A stretch of 64,000 bases of DNA from positions 27,094,001 to 27,158,000 of the forward strand of contig NC_042997.1 in assembly GCF_006345805.1 (NCBI RefSeq), written 5' to 3'. This document shows positions 1 to 12,419 of the stretch, piece by piece (the stretch's first letter is position 1; the number at the start of each line of letters is the position of its first letter). Source of the DNA: Octopus sinensis. Its lineage: Eukaryota. The translations under genes and the position numbers were made by a program. Below the pieces are notes generated by a model. That model saw only the letters and a list, made by a program, of their open reading frames with translations, made no database searches and was not told the DNA's origin.

Positions 1-250
1 ATCCCATCAATGGAACATTCTGCTCGTGAAATTAACGTACAAGTAGCTGAGCGCTCCACGAGCACGCATAACCTTAACGTAGTTTTCAGGGAGAATCAAC
101 GTGTCAAACAGTGTGACAAGGCTGGCCCTTTGAAAACCAGGTACTAGTCATTCTCGCCAGCTGAGTGAACTGGGGCAACCTGAAATACAGTGTCTGGCTC
201 AAGGACACCACCATGCAATCGTAAACCGAATATCTTAACCACTAAGCTTT
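1..250 (-). mobile_element. tRNA-derived SINE, partial (body type 2 with tail type 3); runs off window start
   Basis: Minus strand reads AAGCTTAGTGGTTAAG (A-box-like head), then GTGTCCTTGAGCCAGACAC...CCAGTTCACTCAGCTGG, then a tail shared with the element at 1027-1327 (GTGAAATTAACGT...CCCTTTGAAA on +). Confidence 0.75.
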
Positions 251-275
251 CATAACGTTAAATGTGCAGTGGTAA

Positions 276-421
276 TCTAATCTATAAAATGAAGAAGGTA
301 AAGGTTGATACAAATCGGATTTTTATGTAAAAGGGGTCTAAATGGGGCTGGAAGGGGATTAAAATTTACAGGAGGGGTTAACTTAAGGTGACCGCGCGTA
401 GAGCGGGTCACCTTAAGCTAG
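276..421 (+). mobile_element. Miniature non-autonomous Helitron-like element (~146 bp)
   Basis: Starts A|TCTAATCTATAAAATG and ends CTAG|T (418-422). A subterminal hairpin with 12-bp perfect arms CTTAAGGTGACC/GGTCACCTTAAG lies at 382-417. These match canonical Helitron termini and the A|T target. Confidence 0.6.
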
Positions 422-442
422 TTGTAATAAAAAAATTCGCTA

Positions 443-590
443 AGGTTGCAACCCGGCAGAAACGTTAGCACGCCGGGCGAAATACTTAGCGGTATTTTGC
501 CTGTCATTACGTTCTGAGTTCGAATTCCGTCGAGGTGGACTTTGCCTTTCATCCTTTTAGGATAAATAAATTAAGTACCAGTTGTGTACT
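443..590 (+). mobile_element. tRNA-derived SINE family C, truncated or interrupted at ~590
   Basis: GGCAGAAACGTTAGCACGCCGGGCGAAAT head and TTTGCCTTTCATCCTTT...AAGTACCAGTT core, as in copies at 43.7-44.5 kb, 49.5 kb and 56 kb. A probable continuation GGTCGATTTAATCGACTGG sits at ~860. Confidence 0.75.
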
Positions 591-2783
591 TATATGTCAT
601 TTTTATCACTACAACGATTTCCTCCTCGTGCTGACAAGAGAATCCGTACATGGTCGCTGGATATTATTTCTTTTAGAAATAGAAACCAACTTGGTGCCAT
701 TCTAGTAGTAGTTGGTAAAATTTCTAGTAATCTAGTACAATTACTACTATGTGGTCATGTCAAATGCTAGAGAATATAGCCAAATACAGATTGTATATGT
801 ATAGAGATTTGATTCCTTATTGCTTCAAGTTTGCTTTCAAGTTTTTATTAAATCAACTACGGTCGATTTAATCGACTGGAACCTTCCTCAAAAATTAGAA
901 TAAAAGATATCGTGTAAATGAATTTTAGACGTACCTCTAAAATTAGTAATCCATGACAGCTAAATTGCTTTAGATAATTAGTCTGCAATTGGAATTAACA
1001 ATAATACAATCTACAGAAATTCGGAAGCACTCCGTCTGTTACGACGACGAGGGCTCCGGTTGATCCGATCAAATTAACGGAACAGCCTGCTTGTGAAATT
1101 AACGTGTAAGTGACTGAGCACTCCACAGACAAGTGTACCCTTAACGTAGTTCTCGGGGATATTCAGCGTGACGCAGAGAGTGACAAGGCCGGCCCTTTGA
1201 AATACAGGTACAACAGAAACAGGAAGTAAGAGTGAGAGAAAGTTGTGGTGAAAGAGTACAGCAGGGATCACCACCATCCCCTGCCGGAGCCTCGTGGAGC
1301 TTTAGGTGTTTTCGCTCAATAAACACTCGGAATACTTATATTCTGATACTTATATTCTGATACATGACCAGGAAAAGTCTATATCCGCTGGGCAAACCGC
1401 ACACGTTTCCGAAAAGAAGTTGGGAAGTAGGAATAAATGACATAGAAATGCCTCTCAGCTAATATAACAAATTTAGGCTGACAAAAAGTAAAAATAACTA
1501 GCTATATACAAACTATTCTAGTCGAAGGAATAAATACAACTCTACTCACATTAGATAAACCATTCGATTATAAAGGAAGAAAACCCAATAGTATTCAAAG
1601 TTCAAAGTATAAAGATGGAAACACATAAGGTCTATGACAGTATAACTCCACCGAATATAATTGATGCATTGCTTTATCAAAAACCATACGACGGATCATA
1701 ATTCTACACACAACTTAAAAATTTGGGGTGATATTGCTAATTTCATACATGGCATTTTCTTGTACCCAGTACTACAAACAACTGGACACACGCGCGCGCG
1801 TATTGTGTGTGTTCATATATATGAACTTATATATGTAAGTACATATATAGACATACATGCATGCATACATACATATTTTTATATATATTCATATTCATAG
1901 TAGCATTCCTATGAATAAACAAATACGCAGGCCAGCAAGTTTAAGGTATGACTTCAACTTATGCCCCTCAGAAGTGCAAATCTTGGATTTGGACTGCACA
2001 CAGCACGCATATTTGCCGAGGAAGCTCTTCACACCGTATTTAACACAAGATCTTATCATCTGGCCTCAGTGTTTTAGATTCTAGTTTGTGTGGAGTGAAT
2101 AGAAATATTTGTCATCATATGGATGAATTAGTTGATTACGCTCGGTCATTATTAAACAGACAGTGCAAAATTTTGGCAGGGAGAAATGAATTTACATCGT
2201 AAGAAAATAGGGATAAATGATAAGAGAAATAACACACATATAACTAACTCATTCCACGTATGTGTGGTGGGAGCGTGCATGCGTGTGGTGTGTGTGTGTG
2301 TATGCCCGTCTGGGTTTGTGCGTGTGTGTATATGTGTGTGTATGTATGTGTTTCTGTGAGTGTGTGTGTCTTGTATGTATGGGTATGCATATGTAAGGCG
2401 GTGTTTTCTTGTGGTTTAGAACACTGTTTCTTCGTGTGTTAAACTTCGTCTTAATTTCTCCTCTCTTTATTACTATTCTTTTCATTTCTTATACCATAGT
2501 TTATATGTTGGACAATATAAATCGGTGGTTCGCCAAACTTGAAGCAATAAGGAATCAAATCTCTATACACATACAATCTGTATTTGGCTATATTCTCTAG
2601 CGTTTGACACGACCACGTAGTAGTAATTGTACTACATTGCCAGAAATTTTACCAGCTACTACTAGAAATGGTTACAAGTTGGTTTCTATTTCTAAAAGAA
2701 ATAATATCCAGCGACCATGTACGAACTCTCTTGTCAGCACGAGGAGGAAATCGTTGTAGTGATGCGTGTAAAAAGGACTTATA
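591..2783. repeat. Inverted pair of ~245-bp repeats (591-835 and 2533-2783) with TA at both outer ends
   Basis: ATCACTACAACGATTTCCTCCTCGTGCTGACAAGAG...TTGCTTCAAGTTTG is matched by its reverse complement at 2533-2765. Outer ends are TATATGTCATTTTTA and TAAAAAGGACTTATA. Confidence 0.85.
1027..1327 (-). mobile_element. SINE (body type 1 with tail type 3), head missing
   Basis: Minus strand TTGAGCGAAAACACCTAAAGCTCCACGAGGCTCCGGCAGG matches the bodies of the SINEs at 3825, 54138 and 62241. The tail matches 1-140. Confidence 0.8.
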
Positions 2784-3824
2784 TTGATTTCAACCAATAA
2801 GCATCTTAAAGGCGAGACCAAAAGACTAACTTTAAGTTGGTATATCCTCAATAAAAAACACCATTGGCATACATGTCCTTTTAAAACTGCAGTACTTTCT
2901 TTTAATCCTGATTTGAAAGACGATATTGCTATTGATTTAAGATTGCTGGCAAATAATTGGTTGAAATAAGTTTAGAACAGTGGCATTAACCATCCAATGG
3001 AATCGCAAAATGAATTCCGGTTTTCTTCATGCGTGAATTCTTAAAAAGAGAGAATGAAAAGAAATAGGTTTCAAAATTACCATATCGGTTTCTTTCAAAG
3101 TAACATTCTGTTGTTTACTAAGTGACAACTATATACATAGATTTAATTGGTTGGTTCTGTGTTTACTTAGTTGATTCGTTGCGTTAATTTCTTTATCGAT
3201 TTTGTAGATCATAAGAAGGAAATAGATTCCGAAATCAAAATGAAGAAAAATCATAGAAGAAACTCTGAAGATATTAATGGACGTAAAAGACTGGAATTGA
3301 TTTTAAAAAATATGAAATATATATATTAGATTCATTTGTATAGGACAGGCAAGCTTGGATAATGTTATAAAGGTCAGCTAACTGATTCATTTTGAATTCA
3401 TTCCATTTGCTTATGGCTATATAACTCTCCGTGAATAGCATTCATCTCTTATGAAACTTGTGCAGAAGTTTGTATAGAAGGTGAAGAAAAACACGCAGAA
3501 TAGAATATACTCTTTACTTCAGAGTTTGACTCCAGTAAAGGTTATTATCAACAACCCATGATAAACCAATAAGGCAGTCTCACTTTATCAGCTAGAAAGA
3601 GCAGTTATATATACCTTATATCACGTACTATCGACTTAAAAATCGGCGGTGAAATTATGTAGCCATAGATGTATTTTGTCAGAAAAGAAGATGGGATGGT
3701 CGAGAATGGAATGCCTGTCATCAAAGTTTTTATTTCCGAATTAGTGTTGATTTAAGTAAAATATTAATAAGAACGGACATTATAGACTAAAAAAAAGAAC
3801 ATTAATGTGGTTATATCACCTATA

Positions 3825-4144
3825 GTGGAGGCGCATTGGCCAGTGGTTAGGGCAGCAGACTCGCGGTCGGAGGATCGCAGTTTCGATTCCCAGACCGGGA
3901 TATGTGTGTGTTTATTGAGCGAAAACATCTAAAGCTCCACGATGCTCCGGCAGAGGTGGTGGCGACCCCTGTTGTACTCTTTCGCCACAACTTTCTCTCC
4001 CTCTCTCTTCCTGTTTCTTGGGTAACGCTGCAATGGACTGGCGTCCAGTCCAGCTGGGGGGGGGGAACACATACGCCATAGAAACCAGGAAACCGGACCC
4101 ATGAGCCTGGCTAGGCTTGAAAAGGGCGCATAAAAAATAATAAA
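3825..4144 (+). mobile_element. Full-length tRNA-derived SINE family A (body 1 with tail 1)
   Basis: Head GTGGAGGCGCATTGGCCAGTGGTTAGGGCAG...GTTTCGATTCCC has A- and B-box-like motifs. It ends AAAAGGGCGCATAAAAAATAATAAAA. A near-identical copy is at 62241-62545. Confidence 0.85.
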
Positions 4145-6148
4145 ATATCACTTATAAGAAATAGTAGCCAAATCACGCTAAACTAACACAAATAAATATA
4201 ACGCAGATAAGCTAACCCTAGTCCTTAAAGTACAGAATTGTCACGCTGAGATACCTTTGAAGAGTTGGAATCTGCTTCACAAAGTTTGGATTTACTTAGA
4301 GCTAAACAATATCAACCACAGCGTCAATAAGAAGATATTCTTGAAACCTGCTGTCTAATCGCATGTTGCCAATGTTTTTGAGAGCAACATATGCTATATA
4401 ATTAGCAAATTATTTATCTTGTGTTGTCATAGTTAATTACCCACAAGTCATCTCTGATCTAGCGCATCCATAGTCAATGGTATCCCAACTGTGTATATTT
4501 GTGACTAAATTGTCCAGTAGGGTATAGTTTGAGGAAATTTGGCTGCTATTTCAGAACTTGGAACTATGAGGAAATTTTTTTTGGTATTTATTTTAGTTTA
4601 CTTTTAGATATGATTGCGGTCAAAAGCGTACCTTCGGTGCATATGCCTTTCCTGCAGTTGTCGACTTCCGATTATTTAAGCAGAACATTAAAGACTCAAT
4701 CTGACCACACTCGAAGACATGTGGATATCACCGAGCATTGACCATTCATCCAGATATAGTAAGTAAAATAATGATCGGGTAGGTCCTTCCACAACTGATT
4801 GGAGTCAGTTTGATATATGGCAAATTATATCTACTGAGTGGTCAGTTTCTTGTAGACATTATTACGACTATTTTGAAGTCAGTTTGTCGTATAAGAGTGA
4901 ATAGTGGAGGTAAAAAATACAGATGGACGCCTGTGACATGGAAAACATAGATTTGTTGGTGACGGCGTTCTTCATTTAGTGAGCCAATGAACCTTTCGCT
5001 TGCAGAGACAATACAAATATAATTAACTTAATGGAACAAGGGAAACAACGTTGGAATTTAAATGAATGACAATTAATAAAAAAAAAAATGATAAGCAGTA
5101 TGAAGTGATCCTGATTTTTTATCTCTATGCTGACAACTTTGAACATGTGCCAGTCGTATCAGACCTTCAATGAAGTTTAGCCGCATGAAAACTCCTACCA
5201 CTTACGACAGCCTCTGTTGAATCCAATCTACAGGAGAACTAACTTCTTCTGACACTCACTGATAGTCTCTCGCCTTTTCAAATATTAGACGAGCAATATC
5301 GTTGCATCAATAAAGGTTTTGAATCTGGCATGAAGGTTTTACTAGTCTGCTCACTTACGTGCTTTATTCGACTCATGTCTTTTGAATCAGAAGCTGACTG
5401 GTAGGGTATGTCGATGGAAAACTCTCTCTTATTCGCATTACATTTACTCTTGTTTTCATTCCCAGTGATCGTTTGCTTCGTTCAAATTATTCCCCCTTTA
5501 TCTCTTGCTCGAAAACATCCAAATGCGGCATAAATACCTCCAAGAAAAAAAAAAGTCAGTGAAGAGTTATGTCAGAAGATACACCAAAAAATAACTAAAT
5601 GTTATGGGAATCACAAACTATAGATTCAATGTTTATGTTCGACTTGCAAAGTGATAGGAGAATAAATGTAGAATTTTTTTTTTCACTAGTTTCAGCTCAG
5701 AGCTGCGGATATGCTGATGCACCGCCGTTTTGCTACACTGTTATTACTAAGAGCCTCCTCTAATATGTGGTGCTTGTTGAAGAATGGAGTTTGATATAGC
5801 TACCTTCATTTGCACCTCTTATTAAGAGTTCAATTCTTAGTCACAACCTTCCTGGTTATATACCACTGGGTGACGCATTAAGGATTGGCCTTAGTTATGC
5901 CAATGGAAGTGGGTAGACAGAAAATATGTGGTAACTCGTCAGGTAGACTATATACATAATCCTAGAGGCCAGTCTTATTATATAGTGTGTGGCGCTGTGT
6001 CAGTTTTGTGTACTATATATTGGCATGTGTGTCTAGAATATTCCCAGCCATATGGTTTAATCTCCGCCCGTCGAACAATTGTACTCATCGACAAACCGAC
6101 GAGACATCCTATTTATTTCTTCTTGTATTCTCTCACCTCTCTCTCTTA

Positions 6149-6199
<51 letters not shown>

Positions 6200-7592
6200 C
6201 TCCCTCGTGCTCTCTCTGTATTTGAAAAGCGAGAGAAGGTAAGAGCCGAAAATAAATAAATTTAAACATTCACGGAAAAAGATAATTCACAGTTTATTTT
6301 TTTTATTCGTAATCTACTTTTATTTTATTTTAAATAATTCCAAATTTACTCTATATTCCAAAACAAATTATCATTTCCGAAGAACATAATGGAGAACAGC
6401 TCATTGTTGAAGTGCTTCGTTTTTGTTTGTTTTTCAACTTATTCACATAACGCATAAACGCAAACACACACGGACACTCTTTCACAAACGTGAGAACGTA
6501 CACGGGCACAGGCGCTCATACAGATACACGGGCACAGGCGCTCATACAGATACACGCTCAATTACAATAATATGAAACGAATGAGTTTATATATAAAATA
6601 TTAATAATAAAAGAGATAACGTAAATGAATTGACAGCAATTATGAATCCTTAATAAATATCATATAATCTCCAATAAAACTTTTCCATTAATCAATGGTA
6701 ATAAATAGATGGAGTTATTAATGGAGTTAATAAAGATATTAAAACAGCGCCAATCATTATACAGTTCGAAGCTAGTTTGTTTATGTGTTTGAGTGGCAAG
6801 AAACCAAATAAAAACATCAGTTATTCAAGAGTTTGATAACTTACCCGTTCGTCATTTATTCCTGTTTTGCCGATCACGACATGGAAAAAACTTTTGGAAA
6901 AAAAAAAAAAGATATTTGACGCCGAAAATGACTGGAATAGAAAGAAAACTTTGGAAAAAAATGTTTAATAAAACTGTGCAAATTATATTCAATATTGACC
7001 TGAATTCGATTTATTTTTAGCATATCTCTTTTTTTCTCAAATATGAGTTTTCATCTTTTTAACACTCAGATAAATTATTCTCTTTTGGCTTTCAAATGAC
7101 AACTAATTGCTTATTTTGTTTCCCCTCTAGTACGTGCAAATCTGCGCAAATGCCACTTGTTTTGGTTTTCATTATTTAATCTGTTTCTTTTGTTTTCAGC
7201 AAATAATTGTTTTATATACTTTTCGATTATCTCCAATGTAATTATTAAAGTTGTGATTTCACTTCACTTTTTTTTTTTTTTGTATTTTAGCTCATATTCA
7301 TAAACGAAACAAAATTGTTTTATACTTTCCATTATTTTTCTGGATTTATCTATAATAACTCGTACTGATTTTATTTCTATGTTACACCATAACTGGAATC
7401 GTATATTAGAATTTATCTATACATATATTTCATTTCAATTTTCATTTTAGATTTTATTCATAAACGAAATAAAATGTCTCTTTATTCCATTATGTTTCCA
7501 GTTTTATCTATAATAATTGGTATCAATACTCTTTCGATATTTTCTCGTGGCTGATACGTTGTATAAGATTTGATATATCATATATATACATA

Positions 7593-8589
7593 TTGGGTCA
7601 TCCCATATATAATGCGTTTTTTTTTTCAATTACATAAACTAGAATTCGGAGGGGGACTGGATAAACTATCAGCATCAATTTACTATAAAAGCGGATAGTC
7701 ATTTTACCATGTACTTATTCTCAGTGCAAGGTCTGAAGATTATAATTCGATTTTAACAGTTATTTTTTCAAAACTATAAGGGAAGTGACAAAAAGCATAT
7801 TCGGCATATTTTGCTTCATGAGTTCAATAAAGGCAACAACGCAACAGAAAGTGCGAGGAATATTCATGTATTATATGGGGATCGGACAATATGCGTAAGC
7901 CAGTGTTAACAGTAGTTTCAGAAATTCCGAGCCAGAAACTACAGCATAGAAGACGAATCTCTTCCTGGAAGATTTGTAAAGCTCGACGAAGACGTTCTGC
8001 AAACCCCGGTGGAACGAAATCCCATCATAACTGTTGAGGGACTAGCAGAGAAGCTTGAATTTGATCATTCATCGATGCCTACATGCCATCGGAAAAGTCG
8101 GCAAATTAGTCCAATGGGTTCCTCACAAACATTCCGAGTCTAATTGCGCGCAGAGAGTGAATGTGTACTTCCCTTCGCTGTTGCGTTTCCCGAATGAACC
8201 CTTTTTGGACCGAATAGTGACTGGTGACGACAAATGTGCTCTCGATAATAATACCAAACACTGAAGACAGTGGGTAGGGAAAGGAGAAACACCGGCACCC
8301 CAGGCTAAAGAAGGTTTTCACCCACGTAAAGTGTTGTTATCCTTTTGATGGGATATGAAAGGTTTAATCCACTTTGAAATTTTAAATCCAAACGAAACGA
8401 TAACAAACGAGATCTGCTGTGAGCAGCTTGAGCGGCTTACGTCAGCACTAGAAGAAAAAACGACCATCTTTGCTTTCAAGGCGAAAAGTGCTCTTCCATC
8501 GGAATAATACTCGGCCACATACAGCGAGGATGACATTCCAAATGCTGGAGGATTTTGGAACGTAATACCCGCGATAGTCAAGGGATTAC

Positions 8590-8590
<1 letters not shown>
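7593..8590 (+). pseudogene. Decayed mariner DNA transposon: left TIR plus transposase with stops and frameshifts, truncated at (TA)n
   Basis: TA|TTGGGTCATCCCATATATAATGCG TIR-like start. Translation gives HIRHILLHEFNKGNNATESARNI (HTH), GKLVQWVPHK (WVPHEL motif), FLDRIVTGDDK (first catalytic D) and HPRKVLLSF.WDMKGLIHFE. No right end is seen. Confidence 0.9.
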
Positions 8591-8653
<63 letters not shown>

Positions 8654-8731
8654 TTAGTTAATACGAGACCCCAATATACTTATGCTTTGGAACGAAGACT
8701 TAATCGAGTACAGAGCGGTAATAATAAAATA

Positions 8732-9193
8732 AGATGACAAAGGAATAAGTGATTAACATATGAATGACATTAGGTTACAGCTGTTACTGCTATAAGACGT
8801 AGTGTACTCATAGTTAAGTTGTTGAGTGTAGCTTCATCAGAGCCTCGAATATGAAGTGCAGTATATTGGGAAAAGAATTATAACTAAGTATCCTATAAGA
8901 ATAGGAAAAACATTACCAATGTGAAAGCCAATACGTACGTTGGAGAAGCCTTTGACTTTCTTCCCCACGTATGTGTTGTCTTTCACATTGGTAATGCATT
9001 TTCCTATATATATATATATAGGATGCATAAATGCAGATCTTTTCCCAAATAAAATGCATTTCATATTCGAGGTTCTGATGAAGCTGTAAGGTATCACTCA
9101 ACCACCCAACTAGGAGACTTTACGTCTTACAGCAGAAGCAGGTGTAAGCTATTGAAGTTCATAACTTCATAATAGTTTATTCCTTTGCCATCT
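8732..9193. mobile_element. Fully palindromic MITE-like element (~460 bp)
   Basis: Arms 8732-8948 and 8957-9193 are reverse-complementary along their length: AGATGACAAAGGAATAA/TTATTCCTTTGCCATCT, CTTCATCAGAGCCTCGAATATGAA/TTCATATTCGAGGTTCTGATGAAG, CATTACCAATGTGAAAG/CTTTCACATTGGTAATG. Spacer is ~8 nt. Confidence 0.85.
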
Positions 9194-9929
9194 CAATTTC
9201 TTATATAAATATGTGTGTGTGTGTATGTGTGCGTGTGTGTGCGAATATGTGTGTATAATTTATGCATGTGTATATATTTATGTGTCTGCATGTCTTTGTA
9301 TTATTGTGTATTAATTATACTATAACAATTATCGCTATTATCACCGATATCATCAATAGATGAATTTAACTTTGGAAAATATTTGATAGTTTCTGAAGTA
9401 TTGTATTAAATATTCTATAATTTTTCGTGAAATCTTGTTCTTACGAAAAACCACACGAAACACGAATTTATTTATACGTACGCGCATACACACACACACA
9501 TATATATATATATATGCATCCATACGTAGGCACACACTCACTATCCTTTTAGGTTAGATATTGTTGCATTTAATGAAATATTTTTGATTATCATGAAGTC
9601 TATTTGAACATATTTAATATTATAATTGCTTTATTACACCGGAGACTGATGACGTGACATAAATGGAAAAACATCGAGTGCGCCCTCGCTTATTTGTAAT
9701 TGCTTGAAATAAATGAAATGCGAGTCCCAAAACATTAATTAAATCTCTAGGGCAGCACCAGCAGACTTCTTTTCATATTAGAATAATTTAAGCAAATTTG
9801 GCGTTATGGAGACCATTTATCATCCCACAACCACCAGTATCATTTCTAATATTTTGGTACATCGGTTTTTGAGCCAGTGTGCAGTTGTATACTGTTGCGT
9901 TCATTATATATTAGGCATTTTATTAGTTA

Positions 9930-10406
9930 CTAGCAGCATAGCCCGACATTGCCCGTGTATGTAAAAGCCCCTAGTAGGCAACGACTAATCCCAATCTAGT
10001 CCTTTCCCTCTTGGGAACGAAGGCGCATGTGCAGGTTGCAATGTCTCCTCTTCACTCGAATACTTCTGTGTATACGATGATCCTAGCTGTCCCTTTGGGC
10101 GAAAACATGAAAACATCATTGCGCCTCCCAACGCGTGAACAGCCCACGTACAGCCCAGAAGTTGTGTTGCATATGATAAGCTTAGATTCTCGACCCCATG
10201 TCGAATTTATCGATTTTTTCAGAACTGGGGGAACTTTTCAAAGTTTTCGCTGCGTTAGTTTTGAATTATGACATTGGGCTATGTGTGTGTCAAGTTTCAT
10301 CAGAATCGGTTGAAAGCCGTGGTCAGGGTGAGGGTACAACCTGACAGACACACAGACACACAGACACACAGACAGACAAACTGCCGTTTATATAGAGAGA
10401 GATAGA
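9930..10406 (-). mobile_element. Non-autonomous Helitron/Helentron-associated element (HINE/DINE-like)
   Basis: Minus strand starts A|TCTATCTCTC...AAACGGCAG and ends CGGG...GCTGCTAG|T. It has a subterminal (GACA)n-type microsatellite and the AAGTTTCATCAGAATCGGTTG motif typical of such elements. Confidence 0.7.
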
Positions 10407-10984
10407 TTACCCGCCTCTGTAAGAAATGCTTAATCAGATAAATAAACAATGTGTTAATATTATAAAAATTGTCATTCTGTTAGATATTATGTTGATGATT
10501 CCTGGCTATTGGCGAAGATTGGTGATTACATTAACTTTTGATCAGATAATACTTTATGTAAGTTAGTATGAAAACGGTAAATTTCTTTTAGAATATTTAG
10601 ACCAGTTTTAATGGAGCAGTACTTAAATTGACTGTATTAGGTGTCAAAAGCAATTAATGTTGATATTTAAAATACAGAACAGCAAGGGAAAGAAATAAAT
10701 ATTTTAAAACATTTAATGCAACGATTTATTGCAAATTAGCTTTATTTCATCAATATTTTGTAATTATAAAAATATCCTAAACTTAGTGGAAACAGAATTA
10801 GAGAGATTATGATGTTAATAAGCATCTCTAATAACATAATATAAAATGACCGAGAGGTCAAACTGTAGTTTTTGAGTACCTAAGATTTTCTAATAAATAT
10901 TATCACCTACATTCACTATACACGTGTATATCGATCAATCTCCATTTGTCTATCTATCTATCTATTCATAGATAGATAAAAATA

Positions 10985-11009
10985 AAGTTACATAGATAGA
11001 TAGATATAC

Positions 11010-11070
<61 letters not shown>

Positions 11071-11075
11071 CAGAT
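10985..11075. repeat. (GATA)n microsatellite
   Basis: Direct reading. Confidence 0.95.
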
Positions 11076-11261
11076 AGGTGAGCTTGTGTATCTTTGCATC
11101 TGTGTTTCCCTCCAGTCATCTATTGATAACCAGTGCAGGTTTGTTTATGTCCCCGAACTTAGCAGTTCCCCAAGAAGGTACAATTAGTCGATGCAGTAAG
11201 TTAGAAATAGCATTGAATAAGTCATAGGTGTGTGTTAAAACGTGTGGGGGAAGCGTGGCCT

Positions 11262-11490
11262 AGTGGTTAGCGTATTGCACTCAAGATCGTAAGATTGTTG
11301 TTTCAGTTATTAGACTGTGTAGTATGTTGTGTTCTTGAGCAAAACACATCATCTCACGTTAGTTTGCGATCATTTCTACACCTGACTTGTAGCACACTGT
11401 GCACTGTACATGCAACGTTGATTTGCTGGAGAGAGTGTGCTAATGTACGGCTTATACATTTTGTCATTGTAAAAAAATCATTTAGTGCAG
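11262..11490 (+). mobile_element. Degenerate tRNA-derived SINE
   Basis: GGAAGCGTGGCCTAGTGGTTAGCG head followed by GTGTTCTTGAGCAAAACAC body (type 2). Confidence 0.65.
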
Positions 11491-11660
11491 GTTATTCGAC
11501 AAAAGATAAACGCAAAAGATATAGAAAACAAAAGATGAAGAGAGGTGAGGGGAACAACAAGCAGGTATATTAGCTTATTGCTGGAGAAAATAGATAAATC
11601 GTTGACGTTTCGTGCCTACGTTCTTCGACAGGAAGAGTTGAGAGGAAAAAAAGGAGATAG
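11490..11660 (-). mobile_element. Dispersed ~170-bp element with hammerhead-like motif (degenerate copy)
   Basis: Minus strand CCTGTCGAAGAACGTAGGCACGAAACGTC followed by a pyrimidine-rich tail, homologous to copies at 20.7, 23.0, 46.2 and 53.9 kb. Confidence 0.55.
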
Positions 11661-11704
11661 AACAAAATGTGTAGGGAATAACGGTTCAACATCATGAATG
11701 TATG

Positions 11705-11749
<45 letters not shown>

Positions 11750-12419
11750 AGGAAAGGAATGGGAGAGACTAAATTGTACTATGTACTTTTATGTATTTAT
11801 GTAAACTACCTCTAACAAAATCAGAATACAATATTTGTAGATTCGTAGAGAAAATTTACTGTAAGAATCTGAACATTAAATGCTTCGAGTCACTAATAAC
11901 TACATTCAGCGCTGAGAATCTTTAAAATAGTGAAAAATCGGAAGTGGATGTACTTACATGAAGTGGCATTGGTTTCAGGTCGTACAGATGTGTTTGTAAC
12001 GCATCTCTATTTTATTTATTTGTTGTCCTTTTTTTCTGTTCAGGCATGGTGTGTTTGTATAGGTGTGTCAAGATATAATTTATAAAACTGGTATGTTGAA
12101 ATCATATTTAGATGAATTTCTGTTTGCCGCAATTTCTTAAGGAGGAAATTAACAATTATGATTTGGTTACTAATAGGAGACTCTTTGAGGGTAGATGGAA
12201 TTTAACCTTTAACGGAATAGTAATTTTTTTTTAAAGTATATTTTGTGTAAAAGTCAGTATATGTCTGGTATATTTTACTGGAAATTCATGATGGTTTTTG
12301 ACTCGTTTGTTGAAGTACAATGGAGAGGAGATGAGTGAGGTTTTCACTTTTTTATAGTGCAGAAGCGATTCTGATGTGAAGGGACATGGCTTTTTTCTAA
12401 AAGATTGATGTCATTGCAA

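Noticed and set aside
3825-3900. tRNA-like sequences (also at 54138, 62241 and family B/C heads)
   Set aside because: They have A/B-box-like motifs but no complete cloverleaf, and they continue into repeated SINE bodies; these are SINE heads, not tRNA genes.
5335-5480. Minus-strand open frame EFSIDIPYQSASDSKDMSRIKH ending at a GTAAGT donor-like site
   Set aside because: No convincing acceptor, no recognisable homology and no partner exons; needs RNA-seq.
6495-6557. 26-bp tandem duplication ACACGGGCACAGGCGCTCATACAGAT
   Set aside because: Only about two copies; ordinary slippage.
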